Shown here: one piece after another, positions 8,320 through 14,517 of the stretch
How positions within the stretch are numbered: the first letter of the stretch is position 1
Layout: each line of letters begins with the position of its first letter
Assembly: GCA_044226625.1 (NCBI GenBank)
Contig: JBGAGQ010000104.1
Coordinates: forward strand, 1 to 14,517
Direction of reading: 5' to 3'
Length of the DNA: 14,517 nucleotides
DNA from: Thermoanaerobaculia bacterium
GTDB taxonomy: Bacteria > Acidobacteriota > Thermoanaerobaculia > Multivoradales > UBA5704
Notes under the pieces: generated by a model
Told to the model about the DNA's origin: nothing
Databases searched by the model: none
The model's input: only the letters and a program-made list of their open reading frames with translations
Program-made: the position numbers and the translations under genes

Positions 8320-9453
8320 ATGAACACGAACGCCCACGTCCGTCCCCTCCATTTCCTCCGACCCCTCGCGTTCGCACTGTTCGGGGTGATCGCGTTGCTA
8401 CCGACCGCGCCGCTCGCCGCGCAGGGCTCCAACCCGTTCATGAAGTATCCCAACTACGGCGCCGCCAAAGGGCAGAATTCGGTCTTCGACCACGAGTACC
8501 CGAACTACACGGCCAACGGCTCGACGATGCTCAACACCGGGGTGCGCACGAGCACGTCGTACGACGGCCACAGCGGCATCGACTACAACCTGGTCTACGA
8601 GCCGGTCCTCGCCGCGGCGAGCGGTACGCTCGATCACGCCGGTTGGTTCTCGACCAACCACGAATCGAGCTACGGCCTGTCGATCCGGATCGTCCATTCG
8701 AACGGCTACAAGAGCCTCTACGGGCACATGTCGGCGATCCTCTACATGAACGGCAACGCGATCACCCAGTCCGCCCAGCTGGGAACCGGTGGGACCACCG
8801 GCAACAGCACCGGTCCGCACCTCCATTTCGAGCCGCAGGTGAACGTCTCCGGGACGTACCGTGTAGTCGACGTCTTCGGCTGGACGGGCTCCGGCTCGAT
8901 CCCGACCGACCCCTGGCGAACCTCGACCGGCGCGATCTCGAAGACGCTCTACACCGCGACGCCGACCACCACTACACCGAGCAATCTCGGAGAGACGATC
9001 GTCGACAACACGAGCGCCGGCTTTACGCGCTCGTGCCTCGCGGGCTCCGGCGCGTCCTGCCCGTTCTGGTTCCTGTCGTCCACCTCGGGTTACGGCGGGA
9101 GCATGTATTGGACCTATTCGAACGGCGCCACGGCCGACTACCGCGCGCGCTGGACGCCGACCCTGGCCTCGGGCGGTTACGAGGTGCAGGTCCACATCGC
9201 AAACAGCAACGCGACGAGCCACGCGACCCGCTACACCATCGTCGCCACCGGCTCCTCGCGGACGGTCGTCGTCGACCAGCACGACACGTTCGGGCCGGGA
9301 GCCGGACGGTGGGTGAGCCTCGGCACCTACGGCATGGTCTCGGGGACGCCGAACTACGTCGAGGTGAGCGACGCCACCTTCGTCGGCGGCTATACCGAGT
9401 CGGGCACGTCGTTCCAGGTGGGAGTTGACGCGGTGAAGTTCATCCGCCACTGA
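8320..9453 (+). CDS. Secreted M23-family (LytM) metallopeptidase with a C-terminal golvesin/Xly-CBD-like beta-sandwich domain
   Basis: ATG8320 follows GGAG; signal peptide ending APLAA. Intact M23 motifs HSGID (HxxxD), YGH and TGNSTGPHLHFE (HxH). C-terminal IVDN...GYGG...A.W.P.L..G.YEV.V....VDQ...WVSLGTY...DAVKF pattern. Confidence 0.87.
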   Translation: MNTNAHVRPLHFLRPLAFALFGVIALLPTAPLAAQGSNPFMKYPNYGAAKGQNSVFDHEYPNYTANGSTMLNTGVRTSTSYDGHSGIDYNLVYEPVLAAASGTLDHAGWFSTNHESSYGLSIRIVHSNGYKSLYGHMSAILYMNGNAITQSAQLGTGGTTGNSTGPHLHFEPQVNVSGTYRVVDVFGWTGSGSIPTDPWRTSTGAISKTLYTATPTTTTPSNLGETIVDNTSAGFTRSCLAGSGASCPFWFLSSTSGYGGSMYWTYSNGATADYRARWTPTLASGGYEVQVHIANSNATSHATRYTIVATGSSRTVVVDQHDTFGPGAGRWVSLGTYGMVSGTPNYVEVSDATFVGGYTESGTSFQVGVDAVKFIRH

Positions 9454-9477
9454 TCTCGCCGCCTCCTGGCCGGTCCG

Positions 9478-9524
9478 GAGGGCGCTTTCCGATCGAGTGC
9501 GGGAAAACGCCCTCTTTTTCGTTC
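9478..9524 (+). terminator. Rho-independent terminator after the M23 gene
   Basis: GAGGGCGcTTTCC...GGAAAaCGCCCTC stem (9478-9514) followed directly by TTTTTCGTTC. Confidence 0.75.
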
Positions 9525-9531
9525 TTGCCTC

Positions 9532-9562
9532 TTGCACCTGACGTAACGTGAGGTCGTACGGT
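9532..9562 (+). promoter_or_regulatory. MerR/TipA-type promoter with a 19-bp spacer and dyad operator
   Basis: -35 TTGCAC (9532-9537), 19-bp spacer, -10 TACGGT (9557-9562). Dyad ACCTgACGT-A-ACGTgAGGT at 9536-9554. It lies directly upstream of the MerR gene. Confidence 0.88.
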
Positions 9563-9613
9563 GCTCTCCAGATGGCCGGCCGCAAGCCCGTGGCCGGGTG
9601 GGAGGAAGGCGCA

Positions 9614-10348
9614 ATGAGCGAAAGGTTTCGCGTGGGCAACGTGGCGGAGCGAACGGGCCTGTCGGTTCGAACGCTTCACCACTGGGACGAGGTGGGTCTG
9701 CTTCGACCCTCGGGGCGGACGGGAGCGGGGCACCGACTCTACGACGAGTCGGATCTAGCGCGGCTGCAACGAATCCTGTCGCTGCGACAGCTCGGACTGT
9801 CGCTCGGCGAGATCGGCGGTTGGCTCTCGCGTTCGGACCGTTCCCTGGTGGACGACTTGGAGCTCCACCTCTCCCGGCTCGATCGCGAGATCGATGAGCT
9901 CTCTTCGCTGCGCCGCCGCCTCGACGGGGTGGTCGGTCATCTCCGAGCGACGGGGACGGTCTCCGTCGACGAACTCTTCGACCTGATGGAGGGCACGATG
10001 AATCTGGAACGACATTTCACCCCGGAGCAGATGCAGGCGATCGAGCGGCGCGGCAAGGAGCTGGGAGCCGACGCGATCGCAAAGACCCAGGACGAGTGGA
10101 CCGCGTTGATCGCCGAGGTGCAAGCCGCGATGTCTCGCGGCGCCGACCCCGGCAGTCCCGAGGTGCAAGGCCTCGCCGGCCGGTGGCGCGAGCTGGTCGA
10201 GCGATTCACCGGCGGCGACGCTGGGATCGCCGCCGGGGTCCGCGAAGTATGGAAGCAGGAAGGCGACGCGATCCGCGCTCGGCACGGCGGACCCGATCCC
10301 GCGATGTTCGAGTACATCGGGCGAGCGTTCGCCGAAGGGGGGAAGTAG
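9614..10348 (+). CDS. MerR-family transcriptional regulator with a C-terminal TipAS antibiotic-recognition domain (TipA/SkgA/Mta-like)
   Basis: GGAGG RBS upstream of ATG9614. MerR HTH RVGNVAERTGLSVRTLHHWDEVGLL.P..R..AGHRLY...LGLSL.EI. TipAS-like EW..LIAEV...GADPGSPEVQ.LA.RW..LV..FTGGD. The ORF-track start at 9548 falls inside the operator; ATG9572 is an alternative start. Confidence 0.92.
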   Translation: MSERFRVGNVAERTGLSVRTLHHWDEVGLLRPSGRTGAGHRLYDESDLARLQRILSLRQLGLSLGEIGGWLSRSDRSLVDDLELHLSRLDREIDELSSLRRRLDGVVGHLRATGTVSVDELFDLMEGTMNLERHFTPEQMQAIERRGKELGADAIAKTQDEWTALIAEVQAAMSRGADPGSPEVQGLAGRWRELVERFTGGDAGIAAGVREVWKQEGDAIRARHGGPDPAMFEYIGRAFAEGGK

Positions 10349-10362
10349 AGGGAAGCGTCAGA

Positions 10363-10388
10363 GAGGAGGAGGGGCACGCCTCCTCCTC
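10363..10388. terminator. Stem-loop between convergent genes (possible bidirectional terminator)
   Basis: GAGGAGGAGG-GGCACG-CCTCCTCCTC, a perfect 10-bp stem with weak U-tracts. Confidence 0.55.
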
Positions 10389-10409
10389 CCTCGTTGTGAT
10401 CTCTCGAGG

Positions 10410-10631
10410 TTAGCGGGTGCGCCCGCCGGCCAGCAGAAGCGCGCCGCCGACCACGATCCCGGCCACTCCCGCCCAGGTCGGGATGTGAACCGTCTCCTTG
10501 TCCTTGACGGAGAGCTCGACCGGACCGAGCTTCGCGTCGTGGGTTTCCTTCGTGTAAGTGAACCGACCGTACGCCAGGGCGGTGATGCCGGCGACGATCA
10601 GGACGATGCCGAAGACCTTGGCTGCGCTCAT
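10410..10631 (-). CDS. Small two-TM membrane protein, DUF3185-like (73 aa)
   Basis: MSAAKVFGIVLIVAGITALAYGRFTYTKETHDAKLGPVELSVKDKETVHIPTWAGVAGIVVGGALLL; GAGG upstream of ATG10631. Confidence 0.82.
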   Translation of the reverse strand: MSAAKVFGIVLIVAGITALAYGRFTYTKETHDAKLGPVELSVKDKETVHIPTWAGVAGIVVGGALLLAGGRTR

Positions 10632-10713
10632 GTTTCGATTTCCTCGCGGTTGTGCAGACGTTCGGCCAGGGCTGTTGCACAGATCTCGCCGGGGCTTCGC
10701 GACCCCCCGGCGG

Positions 10714-10729
10714 CGGCACCGAACTTGCT
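10714..10729 (+). promoter_or_regulatory. Putative sigma54 (-24/-12) promoter
   Basis: CGGCACCGAACTTGCT matches YGGCAC-N5-TTGCW with exact GG-N10-GC spacing, about 110 nt upstream of the lmo0937-like gene. Confidence 0.62.
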
Positions 10730-10841
10730 CTTTCGGGGTGTCGAATCCCGGCATGGCGCTTGGGATGGTGCGGCGGAACGAACCTCTCGAAATGCCAGCC
10801 TCGAGAAAACTGAACGTCGTCTTTCAAAGGAGGAGTCGATC

Positions 10842-10991
10842 ATGCTGTGGACAATCGTCTTGATTCTCCTGGTGCTCTGGGTCTTGGGCCTGGTCACCTC
10901 GTACACGATGGGCGGCTTGATTCACATCCTGCTGGTCATCGCCATCGTGGTCGTCCTGATCCGGGTGATCCAAGGAAGACGACCGATCTGA
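10842..10991 (+). CDS. lmo0937-family (DUF5670-like) small membrane protein (49 aa)
   Basis: Strong RBS AAGGAGGAG before ATG10842; MLWTIVLILLVLWVLGLVTSYTMGGLIHILLVIAIVVVLIRVIQGRRPI. Confidence 0.9.
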   Translation: MLWTIVLILLVLWVLGLVTSYTMGGLIHILLVIAIVVVLIRVIQGRRPI

Positions 10992-11014
10992 GCGCTCCTC
11001 CTTCTCCTCGGTCG

Positions 11015-11048
11015 ACGGGCCGGTCCTCTGGACCGGCCCGTTTCGTTT
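11015..11048 (+). terminator. Rho-independent terminator
   Basis: ACGGGCCGGTCC-TCT-GGACCGGCCCGT, a perfect 12-bp stem followed by TTCGTTT. Confidence 0.8.
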
Positions 11049-11118
11049 GAGCGGAGTCGGCAAACCTTTCCGGTGGCTTCCCCCGGTCCAGAAAATTTGT
11101 GGCAGAGTACTAGGCCGG

Positions 11119-11934
11119 ATGTATGACGAGTTCTACGGCTTCACCGAGCCCCCGTTCAATCTGACGCCGGACCCCCGCTTCCTGTTCTTCTCGGATCGCC
11201 ATCGGGAGGCATACAACCATGTGCTGTTCGGTCTTCAGGAGCGCAAGGGGTTCATCCAACTCACCGGCGAGGTCGGGGCGGGAAAGACGACCATCTGCCG
11301 CGCGCTCCTCGAGCAGCTCGGGCCGCGCTACAAGACGGCGCTGATCCTGAATCCGATGCTGACCTCGGCGCAGTTGATCCGCACCATCCTGGTCGAGCTC
11401 GGCCTGCCGCACCATTCCCGCATCGACCGAGTGACCGCGCTCGAGACGCTGAACCGTTTCCTACTCGAGCAGCTCGAGGCGGGCAACGACGTCGTACTGG
11501 TGATCGACGAAGCGCAGGATCTCGACGCCGAGCTGCTCGAGCAGGTACGCCTGCTCTCGAACCTCGAGACCGACCAGCGCAAGCTCCTGCAGATCGTCCT
11601 GATCGGTCAGCCCGAGCTGCGCGACAAGCTGAACGACAAGCGCCTGCGGCAGCTGCGGCAGCGGATCACCGTGCGCTACCACCTCGCGCCACTCACGCTT
11701 GCCGAGACCGAGCAGTACGTGCAGCACCGCCTGCAGGTGGCCGGCGCCAACGGCAGGCCGAGCTTCACGCGCTGGGCGGTGCGGCGCATCCATCGCTACG
11801 CGGGCGGGGTCCCGCGCCTGATCAACGCAGTGTGCGACAAGACGCTGCTCTGCGGCTTCGTGCTCGGCGAGGACGATCTGCGGTTTCGCCACGTTGGGCG
11901 AGCGATCCGCGAGCTCGAAGGAGAAGCCTCTTGA
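11119..11934 (+). CDS. exeA: ExeA/GspA-family AAA+ ATPase (short form, no C-terminal peptidoglycan-binding domain)
   Basis: Family N-terminus MY.EFYGF.E.PF.LTPDPRFLF, Walker A GEVGAGKT, Walker B VIDEAQ, LLQIVLIGQPEL, LRQRI and GGVPRLIN.VCD. Confidence 0.92.
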   Translation: MYDEFYGFTEPPFNLTPDPRFLFFSDRHREAYNHVLFGLQERKGFIQLTGEVGAGKTTICRALLEQLGPRYKTALILNPMLTSAQLIRTILVELGLPHHSRIDRVTALETLNRFLLEQLEAGNDVVLVIDEAQDLDAELLEQVRLLSNLETDQRKLLQIVLIGQPELRDKLNDKRLRQLRQRITVRYHLAPLTLAETEQYVQHRLQVAGANGRPSFTRWAVRRIHRYAGGVPRLINAVCDKTLLCGFVLGEDDLRFRHVGRAIRELEGEAS

Positions 11935-12788
11935 GCCTGATCGACGAGGCGCTCAAACGCGCCCGCCACGAGGCCGCGCGGCAGGAAGCGGCCAAGCGCG
12001 ACGCCTCCCGCCACGACGGCCCGCGCCCGGTGCCGCGGCTCTACGCCGAACGCCGACCTTCGCGCGCGCCGCTCTGGGCGGGGATCGCTTCCGGCGTCGC
12101 CGTGGCGCTGCTCGGCCTCGTCGTTTGGGGCGTCTGGGGACGATCTCCGAGGGTTGCTCCCGCGGCGCCTGCGGTCGAGTCTTCTTCGCCCGGAGCGGGC
12201 CGAGAAGCCGTCCGTCCCGCGCCGCCGGTCGAGACCTCCCGTCCCGCGGCCTCGCCTCCGGTGTCCAGCACTGCGCCCGGCAAGCCGGCCGGCGTTCAGG
12301 CCAGGATTCCAGACAACCCCGTGCAGCCTGACGCTCCGGTCCCCGCGGCAGAGCCTTCGACTCGAGCTCGTGCCTCCACGGGAGCTGGCTCCGGTGGATC
12401 GATTACGCGGCAGATCGTTCCCGAATCTCAAGCGGCGCCTCCCGTCGTCCGAGCGGCGCCGGGGTCGGGCGAGTCGCGCGTCGCGGCGCCACCGCCTCCG
12501 CCCGCTCCATCCATGCGCCTCGCCTCTCCGCCTTCGGCCGCGCCTTCTGTGCCTTCGGCCTCGCCCGGCGGAAGCCAGACCTACGTGCGGGAAGCCGCTC
12601 TTCCCAACGGTGGGCCCAAGCTCCGGCTGGGCGGCATCGCGTTCTCCGAAGAGGCGCCGATCGCGCTGATCAACGGCGCCGCCCTGGGACGCGGCGAGGT
12701 AGTCGAGGGCTACGTCGTCCGCCGCATCGACGCGGCGGAGGTGGAGCTCGAAGGGCCGGCGGGCCGGGTCGTGTTGCGGCTCAAGTGA
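11931..12788 (+). CDS. gspB: GspB/ExeB-like membrane protein (N-terminal helix, TM segment, Pro/Ala-rich linker, C-terminal T2SSB-like domain)
   Basis: TTG11931 overlaps the exeA TGA (TTGA), with RBS GAAGGAG. MSLIDEALKRA resembles the GspB N-terminus. C-terminal LRLGGIAFS....IALING..LG.GEVVEGY.V.RI....VEL. Confidence 0.82.
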   Translation: MSLIDEALKRARHEAARQEAAKRDASRHDGPRPVPRLYAERRPSRAPLWAGIASGVAVALLGLVVWGVWGRSPRVAPAAPAVESSSPGAGREAVRPAPPVETSRPAASPPVSSTAPGKPAGVQARIPDNPVQPDAPVPAAEPSTRARASTGAGSGGSITRQIVPESQAAPPVVRAAPGSGESRVAAPPPPPAPSMRLASPPSAAPSVPSASPGGSQTYVREAALPNGGPKLRLGGIAFSEEAPIALINGAALGRGEVVEGYVVRRIDAAEVELEGPAGRVVLRLK

Positions 12789-13035
12789 GGCTCGTCCTCC
12801 AGCCGAGCCGGATGCGCGGACGGCGCGTTGTCTCATTCCTTCAATTGCGCGCACCTCTATTTCTGTAGGGGCCCCTACCCGTCGTCGTCGACCCCGTCGG
12901 CTGTGCGTGATCGGTCGCGCGGAGCCCGAGCGTTTCCTTCGTTCCCGGGGTCGAGGTCGCCTCGATTCGGAACGACGCTGCCCGGGGCGACCGATTCCAA
13001 ACCTTTCGGCGTCTGACGAATCAGAGGAGCGCCCC

Positions 13036-13710
13036 ATGGAACGCTTTCGGCGAATGCCGTCTCTTCTCAACGTCCTCGTGCTGATCGTCTGCTGCGCGGC
13101 GACCGGCGCCTACGCCCAGAAGCTCGAATCCCAGTTCTATTCGCTGTCTCAATCGCCGACGCTCGACGCCCCGTCGGCCGACATTCCCCATCCGGCCGGC
13201 GGTGGCACCTGCCGCGGCGCGAACCGACTGGTCGGGGACGTCGGATTCGAAGGGCTCAAGACGACCGCGTGGAACTTCGCCGCGGTAGGCGGCGGAGGCG
13301 AAGGGGGGCGGTTCGATCCGGTTCCCGTTCTTTCCACGACCGTAACCCTCACCCAAGGCACCTGCCTGAACGCGCACCTGAGCGCGATCGTCGGCAGCCG
13401 CCAGACGTACGGTCCGGCGTTCTCGGCTCTGACCCTTTTCCAGGTGACCCTCACCCCCGCGACCGGCGCCGCGCCCCAGCACATGTACGGGCACTATGAA
13501 ACGCCGTACGGGGTCTATGCGCCGGCGGTCGCGATCGAGGCGGAGCGCGACGTCGACACCTTCGGCTCGAACTTCTTCACCCGCGTCGGCACGGCGCCCG
13601 GCGACGTGCCGCCCGGGGTCTATCGGGTGGACGTCTGGTGGGCCGGCGGCCCGGTCGGCGGCGGGGGAGCCCTCGGCGCCGCGTTCGTCTTGAAGCTGTA
13701 TCAGGGGTAG
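13036..13710 (+). CDS. Secreted hypothetical protein (224 aa, probably beta-rich)
   Basis: GAGGAG RBS before ATG13036; signal peptide MERFRRMPSLLNVLVLIVCCAATGAYA. Codon pattern looks coding. No family recognised. Confidence 0.75.
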   Translation: MERFRRMPSLLNVLVLIVCCAATGAYAQKLESQFYSLSQSPTLDAPSADIPHPAGGGTCRGANRLVGDVGFEGLKTTAWNFAAVGGGGEGGRFDPVPVLSTTVTLTQGTCLNAHLSAIVGSRQTYGPAFSALTLFQVTLTPATGAAPQHMYGHYETPYGVYAPAVAIEAERDVDTFGSNFFTRVGTAPGDVPPGVYRVDVWWAGGPVGGGGALGAAFVLKLYQG

Positions 13711-13778
13711 AGGGCTGGGCGACCGCCGTCGCGTCGCGTACCCCCGGCCGCAACGAGGGGATCGGGCGGTGCGATGAT

Positions 13779-13837
13779 CCTCGTCGAGGGGCGGCTCGCC
13801 GGAGATTTGATCTTCGGCGAGCTTTGCCCCGACGAGG
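13779..13837. terminator. Long inverted repeat between convergent genes
   Basis: Inner stem GCTCGCCGGAGAT-TTG-ATCTTCGGCGAGC (13794-13822), plus outer GGGC/GCCC and CCTCGTCG/CGACGAGG stems. Confidence 0.6.
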
Positions 13838-13845
13838 TCCTCGGC

Positions 13846-14517
13846 CTAATCGTCTCGCCGCGAGATTCCGCGCCCCGCCGGCTCGACCGCGATCGGCGCG
13901 AGGAGGGAGAGCGAGATCGTTCCGGACTTCGCGTTGCCGATGAAGTAGTCGCTTCGTCCGTACAGGGGACAGCCGAAATTCGGCTCGGCGAACTGGGCGG
14001 TGATTTGGTAGCCGCCTCCGGCGCTCATGGCGTAGCCGTTGGTCGCCGAGTTGATCCTCACGGTGCGAGCGATCGATTGCCCGGGCTGGAGGGTCACGAG
14101 GTCGTCCTCATGGGGGCGGGCCTTCCCTTCGGCGCCGAGGTACGGTGCGATGCGCCCCGAGGGGGTGCGGATGGAGAAGCTCAAAAAGCCGGCGGGTAGG
14201 GACAGGAGATCGAGGAAGCTCAGGGCTTTCGCGGTCCTGTTGGTGAACTTCACCTGAAGGTCGATGGGCTCGCCGACCAGATACTTCGTCTTCGGTGCCG
14301 ACAGCGCGATCGCCAGGTCGCCTTGGGCGGAGACCTGGCAGAGCGTCGTGCCCATCGCGTTTTCGATCCACTTCGGGTAGCCGAAGATCCAGGTTTCCAT
14401 GGCGCACCCTTCCTCCAGCGGGGTGTCGTGGCCGCCGTCGGCCGTGTGATCGACCCAATGGGTCGTCTCGTGGACGATCGTGGCGGCGAGCACCATCAAG
14501 AGCGCGGGATTGTGCTC
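13846..14517 (-). CDS. 5'-truncated HExxH zinc metallopeptidase (Tox-MPTase3-like) with a C-terminal Ig-like domain
   Basis: The frame is open to the window edge (EHNPALLMVLAATIVHETTHW...). HETTH lies at 14472-14458, followed by D.P.EEG..ME...FG. C-terminal L.APK..Y.VGEPI.L.V.FTN....TLQPGQS.......G.YQI.A beta-sandwich pattern. TAG at 13848-13846. Confidence 0.75.
   Translation of the reverse strand, partial: EHNPALLMVLAATIVHETTHWVDHTADGGHDTPLEEGCAMETWIFGYPKWIENAMGTTLCQVSAQGDLAIALSAPKTKYLVGEPIDLQVKFTNRTAKALSFLDLLSLPAGFLSFSIRTPSGRIAPYLGAEGKARPHEDDLVTLQPGQSIARTVRINSATNGYAMSAGGGYQITAQFAEPNFGCPLYGRSDYFIGNAKSGTISLSLLAPIAVEPAGRGISRRDD

Noticed and set aside
9614-10348. Metal-sensing MerR (MerR/CueR/ZntR) or SoxR
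   Set aside because: The protein has no cysteines and its C-terminus is TipAS-like.
10651-10681. TGTGCA...TGCACA as an NtrC-type enhancer site
   Set aside because: Orientation and 19-nt spacing do not match the TGCAC-N-GTGCA NtrC dyad.
11061-11070. CAAACCTTTC shared with 12998-13007 as a common ECF-sigma -35 element
   Set aside because: No consistently spaced shared -10 element follows the two copies, and two occurrences are too few to support a motif.

Overview
High-GC bacterial window, probably from an Acidobacterium (Thermoanaerobaculia-like); this is inferred mainly from an acidobacterial-type VWA gene. Genes from left to right: (1) the 3' part of a large surface protein with a beta-propeller-like segment and ~7 tandem 90-aa Ig/cadherin-like repeats (exact 270-bp period); (2) a 1001-aa fusion of an APH/hydroxylysine-kinase-like domain, a degenerate M23-like domain and a class-III PLP enzyme; (3) a VWA protein (- strand); (4) a secreted TolB-like beta-propeller followed by a secreted M23 peptidase with a golvesin/Xly-CBD-like C-terminal domain; (5) a TipA-like MerR regulator with a 19-bp-spacer promoter/operator and a probable internal start for a short ligand-binding isoform; (6) divergent small membrane genes (DUF3185-like, lmo0937-like) around a sigma54-like promoter; (7) an exeA/gspB pair with no other T2SS genes in the window; (8) a secreted protein of unknown function behind a structured intergenic region; (9) the 3' part of an HExxH (Tox-MPTase3-like) metallopeptidase with a C-terminal Ig-like domain. 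No rRNA, tRNA, CRISPR array or transposase was seen. All family calls come from motif recognition by eye, not from database searches.
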